From: Yuukianura sp. NJ FZ-2021
Taxonomy: Eukaryota
NCBI GenBank assembly: GCA_046563655.1
Contig: CM102283.1
Location: 7,254,001-7,318,000 of the forward strand
Direction: 5' to 3'
DNA length: 64,000 bases
In this document: positions 40,568 through 53,674 of the stretch, one piece after another
Layout: each line of letters opens with the position of its first letter
Numbering within the stretch: the stretch's first letter is position 1
Notes under the pieces: model-generated
Database searches by the model: none
Seen by the model: the letters and a program-made list of their open reading frames with translations, nothing else
Told to the model about the DNA's origin: nothing
Translations under genes and position numbers: made by a program

Positions 40568-42704
40568 ATTTTAGCTATTTTTAGTTTTCTGTCAAAAATC
40601 TTGAACAGAGCTAGTATGCGATGTATCTACGCAGACATTGACAGAATTTTGGAAAATTTTTCGAAGAAAAAAGACTCGCCTTTGAAGCGGAACACTTTGT
40701 TTCAAATTGGCACACTTTTTGCAAATCTGTCGATTTCATCCCATGTGCCTTTCGGTTTGAAACTTTTTATCTGTTTGTTTCCTATCTCTTCCCCATTTTG
40801 TCCTTGGACTGAATCTTATGGACATAAAAAGAAACAAAGGACATATTTATGTCCATCACTTTTGAAACAATATACCCTACTTTCCCACTAAAAATGGAAC
40901 TTGGACATTGATGACTCTTAAACTACCTTCGTTTTTCAAAAAACTCTAACTTTTTTTAGCAGAGTTGCGAAAGTTCTTTGTGGAATTTTTGTTGTGAAAG
41001 TAAATGTAGGAAAGAGTCGTGACCTGAGTCGTGACCCTGGTCGTAAAAGTGGGATTTTTCTCATGATTGTGAGAGCCTAGCTGAATGATGAGGGATGTTC
41101 GTGTCATTAGGGACTGGTCCGGAAGTGATGTGCTTAGAGACACCGAGAAAGGCAATTTCCTGGAAGCAGCTCCCTTCTTCCACAAAAGTTCCATCTACTA
41201 ACTCCAACCGTCCAAAAGAAAGCAATTAGACAAGCTGTTTGGAGAGTCTCTTGAGACTCGTCACCTGATTGTCACTGTCTGACATCTCGTCTGTCCATCC
41301 TTTTCTGGAGAAAGTATCCCATGCCTGGACTTGAGCTGAAGAAAAGTCCCGGGAAAGTTGGAAGCCAATTATCAGAGGCAGCTCAGAAAGTCCAAACTTT
41401 CTCTTCTGTAATGGAATCTAATCCAATGCCAATCTTCTTCCCCTTTGACCCTCCTAAATGAAAGTCCCTGTCCACTTTCCTGGAATGGCACACAACCACT
41501 TGTCAACACTTGAGAAACAAAAGATCCACTGGGAATGCCCAACTAACTAGCCACTACATGCTCATCAACCGTTCATGACTCACCAAAAACGGGCCACTTT
41601 CACCACTTTTCCCGGGTTTTTATTCGGTGTCATTTCTTTCAAAATTTTGAGAAAAGTGTTTGTAATTAGGATTCTACTGTAATAAAGACAAAAGTCGTAA
41701 GACCATGTTTTATTGGCCTGTTTTGGTGAGATTGATGAGCATACTGGGAAATTAGAAGTTAAGAATTATGTTGCCACCAAGGACGATCCTGGACGTTACC
41801 GGAAGAATACCCCTGGTGACCATATAAACCATCTTTGTCCCTTTGCAGTCTTAATCACCTCCAACTTAATTAGAAGTTATTGTCACACCTCTGCACCATA
41901 AGACTACAAATGCCATTAGTTTCAAGTTCAAGGAAAAAAAGATACAGAAGATCGAGAAAGAAAATTTAGCACAACTGGACTGGTCTGGACAGTAGGCAGT
42001 GGCGAAGAGATTTTTACAGTTTGAATCAAATTTTATGCTACGTTTCTTAAAGCATTGTAGAGTGTAGACCAATCAGTGTAGAGTGAACGTTTCTAGAGCA
42101 TGTACTTGCGAATTTACGAATATTTGTGCCAGTTAAATTTTTAATTGCTTACAAAGATAAGTTTAACTTCGTCAGATGTTTTAGTTAGTTCTCTTCTATG
42201 AAACCAAGCATGCTCCAGATGCAAATGCAAAGATGCAATTTTCGCAATAGAAGGATAATCCAGCGTTGCGCGCCATCTCTTGCTCTAAAGTTTTCCAGAG
42301 CGTCTCACCGTTTGAAGTTTTGGCGGGAACTTACATGAAGAATGAAGTTTTGTCTTATAACGAAAACTACTACTACAAAATTACCTAACCTAACATGTCT
42401 TGGAGTGGGCTAGTGGAGTCATTCAACTCAACCTTTAATTAATTAGGTGATGTAATTGTAATTAACGATAATTGGCATCCGTATTGGTAGGAGAAGTACC
42501 GTAAGTTGATCGACTTTTGTAGTGAAAATTTGATGTCTTATGAAAATCAACCTACTAACTTGATCAGCTGTTTCGAAAAATCGGTTTAGATTTTTATAAA
42601 TTCTGCCAAATAACGCACCTTTAATCAGCCAGTCGCAGTATTCGATTTCGATTCGAGTAAACTGTTTTTTTTAAATTTCAGACTACAATTAACGAGTGAA
42701 AGGA

Positions 42705-45329
42705 ATGGAGCCATATTGGAAGAATCCAGGGGAAGGTCTGCTGGATGCTATTGATATACCATCGAAAAGTTACAACGTCACTTGTGCCACAGTGTCGGAG
42801 AAGCATCCGCGACTACTTCAAGTGGAATATCCAGGGTTCGTTGTAAATCCAGCAAACGCCGTCAGAACATTGGGTGGGATTCATAAAGTTTCTCAGGCAA
42901 GTTAATTGAGTGAGGCCTTTCAGATTTTTGCAACCCAATATTTAGTACTTATGAGGTAACATTTATGAAACAGATTTTGTCTAATCCGAAGAAAAAGTTG
43001 GAGGTTCGGTTCCGTCCAGGAGACGTCTACTGTAAACCTGCTTATGGAGAGCCGCATGTTACTTGCGGACTTCTCATCAAACTCCGTCGAAGAAAATCAG
43101 CCGCAGCGCAAGTGCCGAAACCTACAGAAGACGAATCTCCAGCCCTTATTGAGCTGTCACACTTACCCGACGACACGAACGACGATGAGGATGAATTTGA
43201 AGAAGATGACGATCATACTACGACTTCCCTCTTATCGAGAACTTGCGTTACTCCATACAGATTGATTGAAACGGGTAATAAGCAACAAGTGGCTGTCTTT
43301 GATGGACCATTACCAGATTCAATACGTGACGCTCTTGACAAAAAATTAAAGAAAAACCAGAACAAAGGGGAAGAAGAGCCGCAATCGAGCGATGATCGCT
43401 TTGAAGAAGGTATTCAGATTTTGAAAGAAGAAGAGAAGTTTTTAGCCGATCTGACATTAAAAAAACGCTTCGAGTCCTGTCTCAACGCGGAAGGGTTGTA
43501 CCGGAAGGACGTTCGGACGACTATCAACCAGAATCGGATATACCTCAAAGTTCCAAACAATTTGGCCGAAATACGAGCACCTCTTTCCAATCTTCAACTA
43601 GAAGTTTTGGGAGTTATTCCTAGAAAATACAAGTTTAGAGGTATGGTGAATTATAACTTTCTTGTTTTCCTAATGCTGATCAAGTTATACTGTGATTGTT
43701 GACTTTAGGGATGTGCGACTTTCAGTATCTGCCAATGAAGAGAACTAAGAAGCGTCACGTATCAATCCTCAACAAGATTCTTCCAGCATTTGGAAATCCT
43801 GACTTGCCAAACTCAAGTATTGACGACCTCCTCGTTTGTAAATTAGGAAAGGAAGGACATGACAAGCATATTCCTTCATTTCTTGTACCTAATATCATGT
43901 CACGTGTGGACAAACCTCATGTAAGTTTCTATATTCAATTGTGAATGTTAAAAACGTTTAGACTATAACAAATTCTCCATCGAACACGTTTGTCTGTTAC
44001 ACAGGAGGGACTCTTAGGCTTTTTAGAAGGCGGAATAGCCAGAGACCTTGCCAGAAAGCACAAAGTTCAAACGCTGTCCACAACTCGGGCGAAGCGAGTC
44101 GTTTACTCACATTTGTGCAACTTCCGAGTAACTAATAACAAGATCAATTCTTCGGAGTGCCTAATTCCCACTACTGCAATGCAGCAAGCTCAGGATGAAG
44201 CCGAGAAACGTCATCTTCTTGGACCGCAATTGGACTGCGTCAAAAAGTTATTCGAACAGCGTCCAATTTACACCAAGATCCAAATCGAACATGAATGTGA
44301 GGTGGGAAGATATTCTCTGAGATATCTGTTGCCACTTGTGGCCTACTTTGCGCTCAACGGACCTTGGAGAAGTTGCTGGATACGATACGGCTATGATCCA
44401 CGGAAGGACCGATTTGCTTTTCAATACCAATTGCTCGATTTCCGTGTTCCAAGTGAGTTTTCAAAAATAATTGGTATTCCATCTAAGTAATTACTGACTT
44501 AATTCTGTTTTAGATTCTTATCGTGTGTTGATGCAGCGTAAAAGGAATACTACGATTGAAGTGGAGAGGGAGCAACTGTTCCGTTATCTGCCGGACACCG
44601 TACCACCAAAATGTCAAATGTTTTACCAAGTAAGTTGAACTACGCCCTTGCAACGGAAAATGAACATGCAATTTATGATTCTTGATTTTTGGTGCCTTAG
44701 ATCTGTGAAATTAAAATCAAAGAAGTGGACGAAGCAATCAAAGCCGTGCATATCCGAATGGCTGACGATGAGCATAGGAAGTTTCATCCGCGTTTCGGAT
44801 TTTTGAATGAAGATCTCATTGAACACATTCGCTACTGCCTCAGCAGACAAATCGAAATGTCCTTATATAACCAAGGTATGAGATTTCATTTTCATTGGTT
44901 AATTTGTTACAGTTTTATAGTAATTTGATTAACTTTCGCATAAACACAGGCAAGATCCCGGCTGTAACGCTTCCAGAACTTCCACTTCCATCTGTCGATG
45001 GCACGAATTCTAAACCTCGCTTCGCTCAAGGCACAGTGCGTCGAGCTGGAGAAAAACGAAGATTTCGCCATAAACCAAGACCAAACCCATTACTGGCAGA
45101 TGAAGTTTCTAACCAGTCGAGCAATGTTACGGACTTGAAAATTCATGGACATTTTGTGGAGGACATGAAGGACGCCTTGGGAAACTCTGCCGAAGAAGAA
45201 GATGAGGAGGAAGATGAGGATGAGGATGATCTTGTTCTTCAAGAAGCCTTGGATGCTGCAACTGTGGATGACCTGGAAGATGACGACTTGGAACAAGATG
45301 AGGAGTTTCAGATTTTGGGACTGGAGTAG
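42705..45329 (+). CDS. GTF3C5: General transcription factor 3C polypeptide 5 (TFIIIC63/Tfc1, tau95), about 729 aa. Exons: 42705-42896, 42974-43640, 43709-43920, 44005-44452, 44514-44629, 44701-44875, 44950-45329
   Basis: VEYPGFVVNPANAVRTLGG, LEVRFRPGDVYCKP, FRGMCDFQY, LFEQRPIYTK, LLPLVAYFALNGPWRSCWIRYGYDPRKD and an acidic C-terminal tail. Confidence 0.93.
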
Positions 45330-45546
45330 TAGAGTTTAAAAAATTCAAAGAATTTCATAAAGAACTTTGGTAATAATTTATTGGAAACTTTCTATACAAC
45401 AGTAGACAAGTTAAGTATAAGTTAAGCCTCTTAATGCCACTTACAGGCCTAGAATTCTTAATTTTGAAAAACTTAATTATACTGCTTACAGTAAAATGAA
45501 AACTTTTTAGAATTCAAAACAGGAAATAATGAAAATTTATGATATT

Positions 45547-48500
45547 TCAGTGGGACCCTTGAATAGCCAAGAAGTGCATAAAATCCATTTTGTTTTGGAC
45601 TGGAGTACGTGTTGGTCTGCCCAAGTTTTTACGAGATCCACGACAGATTTTAATTTCAACCAAATGGGGTCCCTTGAGTCCTCTTTGCTCAATTGTTCTA
45701 ATGGCGGTTACAACGTCGTCATGACTCTTACATGTCCAAGTATGCGGGTATCCAGCGGCCAAAGCCACACGAGTAATTGAGAACGACTCTTTTTCGGCTG
45801 CAGTTGGTTGTCCACCGACAGAGTCATGAGCTCCGTTATTTAAGACAATGTGAATGAAATTCGGCGGAGAATGTCTAAAAATTTACAACAAAATTTCTAT
45901 TTTTTTGTTTCAGGTCACATTTTTTGAACAAATCTTACTGAGCAATCGTAGCCAGAGCTCCCATGTGCATAATAAGCGAACCGTCTCCGTCAAGACAAAC
46001 GACGCGTCGGCTAGTTTTCTGGAGCGCAATGCCCAAGGCAATTGACGAAGCATGGCCCATTGACCCGACAGTTAAAAAGTCCCGCTCATGGCCTTCTTCA
46101 CGTGACTTCCGAAGCTCAAACAGTTCTCTGTTTCGGACAAAAAAGTTAATTCAAATTTTGCCGCCGTTTTGAATTCAAATTGAGCCCTGGAGCCATCTTA
46201 GCTTGCAGCTAAATGAATGTTGATCGTACCTGGACAGCATACCGGTCGTACCGACGATGATGTCGCGATCATGCGCAGCAGTTATGACAGACTCGATGGC
46301 TTGTTCACGTGACATGTAAAGGTGCTCAACTTCGTCCAGAAGAGTCTTCTTGGACATTTTGTAAGGCGTAAACGTTTGTCTCTTGACAAGCAAAACGTAT
46401 GGAGTTCCAGTTCTTTCCAAATGTTTCTTGGCAGTGTACAGAGCTTGCTGGGCTCCTTCGATGTAATCTGGCAGTGGCTGGAACGGAATTCCCAGGGCAG
46501 CTAAAAACATAAACCATCAAAGAATCTAAATTTTGAAAAAGAGAAACTTTCCAAGTGAAATGTACAGGAACAAAAAGTTTTGGAATTCCTTTATACATTT
46601 TTTGTTTCAAGTCTCATAAATAATCATGAGATTCCGTTCTTAGTATTTTAAGCTTTTTAGAATATGAAAGCCTAAGTGGCTAACTTGAGTTGGGATTCCG
46701 CCTGAGGAAAACTTATTTGAGCGTAAAAGAATGGAGGAACAATGGAACTCTAAACCCTAAAAGAGAAAGTTTTGCAACTTTTATCATCATTTTTGGGTAG
46801 ATGAGTTCACGTTATTATTCTTTTTGTGAAAATTCTTAAATAACCTGCGCTTATTGTTCCGCGTGTGTCTTTTTTCTTTTCAACTTTTATGACGTAATCA
46901 GAACAAAGATGAAGCACAATACCAAAAATTATGAACAAAAAGAAAAAAAAAGTTTCCTACTTTTTTACTGTATTACATAAAATGTTATCGGGAGGTTTTA
47001 TGTAAAATTCGGAACAGCAGAAGTTATGTTCGTTTTTTGTGTTGTCCCAAATCAGGTTTGGATTTTCTTTGTTGTTGAAGAGAAAGTGATAAGGAGAAAG
47101 TCGCGGTGAACGAAATATGTTATGAGCGGAAGGAAAAAAATTGGATGTAAACTTGGCTTTAGAAAAACATGCTTTTTTAAGCCGTTTTTTTTAAAAGGAA
47201 ACCAAACAAGCTTATTTTCTTTTTTTTTACAGAAGAGAAAGTAAACAACACAAACGACGTAGAGTGAACCTTAGATGAGGTGATTTAGGAAATAATTGAC
47301 CTCATTTAATTTTTTTTTGCGTGTAGACGTACAAAAGTTAAGTAGTTTTTGAAAACGAGAAATTCTGGGCAATTCGAATGCTCCAATTTGCAGAATCCTT
47401 TATTCATGTGACTTATTTTTTTGACCTGCCCCAAAAAAGTTTTTAACTTGCTTATAATAGAGCAAACTTTCGTTCTTTTTTTTTTTCGAAAAATAACAAT
47501 AGCGTTTTCTTGGCACAAGCAAAAGAATGTGACACAACGTTCCAGGAATCTTGGATTTTTTTTAACAAAAAAGAAAGTATCTTTTGTACCGTGTGAGTCA
47601 ATGATTCAAGTTACAACACAGACGCATTTTTCCGCTCTCTGGATTTCTACAAAGATTTTTTGGCAAGGTTGACTGCCTTCAGGCTGTCACCGACACCTTT
47701 CACTGCACTTCCACTTTTTTCGAAAAGAAAATCCACTTAAAAAAATAGAGTGAAAGAATGCTTTCTCCTCTTTCTGCCCCATTGCACTTCAAATATTAAT
47801 TTTCTCATCGTGGGCCACATTTTGCTTCGCCGAACCATATAAACCCAAACAGTTTTCCAAACTAACAAAAAAACAGAGTTTTTACGCCTCACTTTCCTTC
47901 AGGGTTTTTTCGGAAGTTTATTTTTGGTCAAAAACAAGATTTTACGCCAATTGGGATATTAATCAAGTTTGAAGGGCGGGAAGATCTTTGAATGAGATTT
48001 TTGTTGTTGCTGGGTAACAGGATTTGATTAGTGACAAAATACGCGGGTAGGGACTGTATGACAGGCTGAGTTAGTCTGAACCCGGCTAAAGTTAGGTTAT
48101 AACATACACGGCCACTTGTCACTTTCAGTTTATATCCTCTCTGGACTTTCTGGAGCGGAAGTGCCTCAATTTTCCTGACTTTCTCCATGGTGATCTCTAG
48201 TGAAAGTGGAGCATGCAGGAAAGAGCAGGAAATAAAGGACTCTGAAGTTAATCTTCATTAGGATTCCCATTGTTACTGTTTCTTTTATGTTAACATAACA
48301 ATGTTAAGTGAACCGAAACAAGTCCAAAGTTCATCAGTTATGCAAATTGGAAATTGTGACACGTTCCAAATATAAACAGCATCGTGTGTTGCTAAATTAA
48401 AACGGATGACGCAGGTTCTAGGTGACATTTTCAAAATTAGTTTCTAAAACACTTTAAGTTGACAAAGCGAATTGGATCAAAAGAATTGAGAAAAGTTGAG

Positions 48501-50491
48501 TTTAGGCAAAACAAAATTCAAAGGTTTCGAGAGTTTGAGAAAAAAGAAAATTAACACTTGAAACCCCTAAAATTTGAAGCACAAAATTGGAGTTTATTGG
48601 AAATGAACCAAAAATAGGAAACGGAACGAGTGATTTTGAAAGTCTGGGGTGGAAAAAAAGTGAATGTGTTCGAGATTTTGTTGATTCAATCAAGAAAAAA
48701 AATATGAAAAATAATAAAATTTCAAACCATTGAATGCCATTTGTGTTTCAATTTGAATCGCAATTTCCTCTTTTCAGAAGCTTATATCATTTGAGTTTAG
48801 ACTGACAATGTTGGCAATTTGTGAAAATTGGATCATTCCAATTTTGGAATATTAGGTTCTGTTCTGCTTCCTTTTCGAAACTATTTCTCTAAATTTTGTT
48901 TTTCAATTTTCAAAACCGACGCATGGAAACAGGAAATTGAAAGTGTAGTGACTTGAATACATAAAATTCCTTCGGTAGCAAAAATATATGAAATTTTTGA
49001 AAAGTACTGACCTAAGAGTCCGGGAGTCACTTGACCTTGGGCACGATGCTGCGGTTCATCGCGCTTTCCTGGTTCGCCTCTCCAGCCAATCAGAACTAAC
49101 ATCGGAATTGAATAGACTTCGGGGGCACAAAGGCTGACCTTGAAAAGGAGAATGGCAGTGAAAATTTTTTTTTGAAAAAAGCGGGAATTTGAAAAGGTCA
49201 TTCGACTTTTTTGAAAAAATTGACTTACGAGTGGGTTGACAGCATTTCCAAGTCCAGAATTTTGCATGTAAACCATTGAAGCTCTTCCGGTTGCCAAGTG
49301 ATATCCAGCAGCAATAGCAATTGCAGCTCCCTCGTTACACGTAATCACGTGCTTGTCATCAGCCACTTTGTCAGACACGTATGCACAAAAATCTGCGACA
49401 TGGAATTCAAATTTCGTAAAATTGGAATTTTGAACTGTTTCAAAAATTTTATATCAACTAGAAATTTGCTGACCTTTCAGCAGCGAGTCCGGCACGCCAG
49501 TGAAAAAGTCAATGCCAATATCTCGAACAGCATCGTAGAATGCCGCTGGATCTAGAAAGTCCCGCACCAGTTCAGTTAGCACTCCAGCATCTTCATTTCG
49601 CATTTTCTGTTCCAAGTATTGCTGTGTAAAAGCGTTTCAAAAAAGTAAAGTCTTTAAAAAGTGACAGACACATAAATCATAAGCCCATTTCATAAAAATG
49701 CAGAAACTTGATGCTTTGAAAAATCTTTTATGGCAAAATCCAGATCAAATGGAGCATGAAAGCGATTCTGAAGAATCCAATCCATTATGCTGTTGATTAG
49801 GGTCTGTGCCAAAAACGTTTCAAGATTTCAGACGCTCATAATTTTTATTATTCATAAAATCTAGCAAGTGAAAGCTGAAGAGTTAGGAAATTTCGAAAAG
49901 TTCATTGAACCGAGAAACTAAAGAAGCTAAATACGTCAGAAAATTTGCTAGATTTGGTGACGAGTAGTGTCTGCCTGGATTCTGGAAGTCAAGTGCTAAA
50001 CATGCCTTTAATCTTTTCAAAATCCCAAAAGTCAAGTGCTAATTAAATTTCAGTGCTACTGTGAATCGGGTCAGATTTCTGTTTGTAATTGCAATATTAA
50101 GTGGAGACGGAGAGTGACATCAAGCTAGCTAAAACAATAAGCTTTTGTTAAAAAAATAGAACATTCTGCACATCGTACTATGGAAAATTGACAGCAGAAT
50201 GTAAATTGGTTTTCACATTGTCTAAACTTTTAACTGTAACTAACTCTTAATTTAAAATTTAGATCTCAATAACTTTATTAATTTGTACTAAATTACCTGC
50301 TCTTGACTTGGTACGGTAGTTGAAGTGGAGCTGAACCGGCAAATTACAGATTTGGAACTGAGGGAATGTCCTTGAACCTGGAAAGTCCAAGTATTAGGTT
50401 GGCAGCAGGTCGCTATTTTGTGCGGAAAAATGACATTTTGAGCCAATCGGAAACTGGTTCTGAGCAGTGACGACGAAGTCCACGAAGTCAT
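45547..50491 (-). CDS. ppd: Phosphonopyruvate decarboxylase (ThDP-dependent), about 473 aa, with an N-terminal presequence-like extension. Exons: 50491-50297, 49621-49474, 49392-49229, 49138-49012, 46500-46230, 46127-45939, 45874-45547
   Basis: Ppd/AepY signature segments IDFFTGVPDSLLKDF, NEGAAIAIAAGYHLATG, VYMQNSGLGNAVNPL, IGWRGEPGKRDEPQH, TTGMLSRELFE, DFLTVGSMGHASSIALG; ThDP motif DGDG...LNNGAHDSVGGQPT; LGRPTRTP; six GT-AG introns all in phase. Confidence 0.95.
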
Positions 50492-53400
50492 TGTCTAGCC
50501 AGTGAGTCTTTTGTGCACTTTAGACAGATTGCAAATCTAAGAGGATCAGACACATCAAATTTTCAAAACGCAAGGAACTATTCACCCTTCAAAAACACTA
50601 AAAATTGTCATGCATAAAATATCAAGTGAATGAAGATCTTCCAGACTGATATTCGCATCATTTTCTGGAATTTTAGAAAAGTAAGTAAAAAGTGAAAGTA
50701 TTGCTTTCACTTTCAATTCTTATAACTCAACAGATCATATCCACTTTCTGTCAAAGTAACAAAATCTGAATCAAAATATTTTTGGAATCAGAACTTTGAT
50801 TTTTCTCTATTATTGTTATGTTCTATGATGAAAATTATTCTGTGATTGAAGTTTGTTTTTCAAAACCCTTACCCGAAAATAAGTTTAAAACGAAAACAGA
50901 ATTTGCGCGAATTTTAAAAAATGTGCTTACCGTTTTTTTTTAGTTTTTTCTTGGTATGTCTTGTTGATCACACAGTTACGTATCGCATGGAAATATGGAA
51001 ATGTAAACTGTCAAAATTTTGAATTGAAACTTAGGCACTGTTGTAAGAAAGACAACAATTGTCAATAAAAAATGTCCTTCAATTCCTCCTTGAACGTCCA
51101 CGTTTGTAATTAAATGCTAGTTAGCCTGAAGTGTTCTGGTACTCTGCTGACGTTGAACTAAAACTTGTAATTAAACGCACAGTATGAAGTTGTTCCTTAA
51201 CCAAAACTTATTAGATAAAGTATGAGTTGGAATTAGAGGATGTTGGTCAGGATTTTATGAGTGACGAGTTCAAAATTTGCTGACTGTGACACTTTATGAT
51301 AACTTACTAGCTCTCTAAAGTGTATGAACAGACAACGTGTTCCATTTCCATTGTAATCGATTGAGAAAACACGACGACAGTCGACAGACGAGGGGATTTT
51401 TTCAGCAAAACACGAGCGAAATAATGTTTGTAAGAGCAGGGAAGTAACGTTAGCGTGCTTTCGTTCTGACCATGACTGGACTAGAGCTTATCCATCGATT
51501 AAATATTGAATTCAGTAGGACGTTGGCAATTTTTGAAAATAAAAACCTCGAAAGCGTATTTTCTTAAAAAATACACATAGTATACACTCATCGCAGCGTT
51601 ACAAGAATTCATGCATTCGGATAGACAAGGACAGGGTTTGGGACAAAAAGAAAACAAAAATTTGAAAGTGAAAAATAAATTGAAACAGTAGCTTATTTTG
51701 AAATATTTATGAGATTTTGGAGCCAGAAGGGCAAAATGCATAACAAAAACGACAACGACTTTGGACCAAAGGACGGAAGTGGAGCTGAAGTCCCCGGAAC
51801 TTTCCCTTATGCTTCAAACCACAACGAAATGCTTTGGTTTTTGGAATTGGTTCACAATGTTAAGCCGTTGCAGTCAGGTGATGATAATTGAAAGTTTAAA
51901 ATAAAAATGACTGTTAATTGAAATTACAAAAATACAATTTTTGGCAGCATTATGATGCCGCAGGTAATGTGTGTTACGCAACCCATGAAATTGGATTCCA
52001 TAAGGAGCAAAACTGCAAACTTTGTTTTTAGATGACTTCTACGTCTAGAAGTTCATAAAAGTCAATGTACTGAAGGACTTGGCCTTCCAAGGGCTCAGTC
52101 CGAAGTAATAATAAAGTCTTCGCAACGATGACTTCTTCTGTACCGTTTACACGCCACAATTCACAGAAACTCAATCTTCATTTCCTACAAAACAGGAGTT
52201 CATGCGCTTGATTAATTTTTATTACGTTTGCTTCTTTCTTAATAACTAACTCCAGGATATACATTTAGACTCGAAATGAAACAACTTTCTTGGAGCAGAA
52301 AGTCTAGCAGTTAGCGGAAAATGTTTGGCGCGAAATTTTGATTTCACGGGCTGGCTGTCTTCCTTATTTGATTTCAGACGAAAGAAGAACACCTTCAATT
52401 TCCTCCAGAGGCAGTACAAAGAGGTGCAACCTTTCGCTTTTCTAATATCTGCATTAGGCTGAGCTGGAAAATAATTTCGTGGTTTTGAATTCGAATTCGG
52501 ACAAAAAATATGAAAAAGAGGTGGCTAATCAGACACAGAGACGTAGGTTGATTTTGGACAATGCTAATAAATGTGCGGGAATGCTGGTAGAAGGATAAAC
52601 AAAATGTGAGGTATGAAGGAAGATTTTGTAATTTTGAAAATAATGGGGGAAAACGTACTTCTGTTTGTAGTGTAATCTTAAAAAGATCAAGGGAGTAGTG
52701 AAATTTTTGAAATTCCATTTCTACGATTGCTGGCATAAGCAGCGTCTTTGAAACAAAATTTTTTGCGAACAAAATAAATCAACCTTTGTACAAGAGAGGT
52801 CTGGGCTACGCCAAAATTTCCTAGCATTGGGCATATCATCATGTATAAATTAATGTTGTTTTTAAAAATTTTATTACCTTACTTCATTTGAATTTGACAA
52901 TAGAAAGTATAAACACAAGTAAAAAAAAACATGAAGTGAAGACATGAAACACTTTTTGTTTTTAGACAAAACTTAAATGGTCGAAACAAAAACAGTAAAG
53001 TTCTAACTTCAGGAATTTTTCCTTACGATTTTTCATAAACATTTGTATCACGCGTCTTTTAAAATAGCACTTAAAATTAGTAAACCAACAAGACAATTTT
53101 TATTTATACTTATACATAACTTCTAAGTAAATATTTAAAGAAAAACTAGAATTTACCATTTCTTTTATAGTCTAAACTTAGCTTGTACTTGTACCTAAAA
53201 TCTATAGTTTTCATTAGATACACTAAAATTAATTAAAACCACAATTAAACTATAGTTTTAAAATGCACTGAAAAGCTTTGCATTTATGCTTTATATTTCT
53301 TACAATTTAGAAAACTACGTGATTTTGGCACCTTTTAACACCGCAGTGGCTGGAGAACTGATGTAGCGGCAACTTTGTTTCAATTTCAAAGCCATCGCGT

Positions 53401-53674
53401 CCTGTTTGCTATTTTGTGTAAAACAACATCACTACACTTCATTTTTAGCAAATACTCAACTGGCGAAAGTTAATTTAAGTTGGGTTAATTGAATTAGCTA
53501 ATTAACCATTCAATTATCTAATTTAACCCTAATGCTGAAAACTACATTCAAGCTACGTCTACGCCAGTGAATGCTGAAGAAGGCTTAAATTTTGAATTCG
53601 AATACTTTTGTTTTTCTTCCTCAAGAGCTGTTCAAGGTCACTAGAAGTACTTCCCCGTGGGGAACTTGTTAAAA

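Noticed and set aside
41713-42070. Short ORF fragments upstream of GTF3C5
   Set aside because: Interrupted by stops with no recognisable family; at most a decayed fragment
45547-50491. Bacterial contamination, or acetolactate synthase, as the explanation for the ThDP enzyme
   Set aside because: It has six spliceosomal introns and host-like flanks; the WRGEPG..DEPQH and HDSVGGQPT motifs point to Ppd, and there is no ALS middle domain
51709-51891. 60-aa ATG ORF upstream of ppd
   Set aside because: The candidate splice leads to an immediate stop, and no domain is recognised
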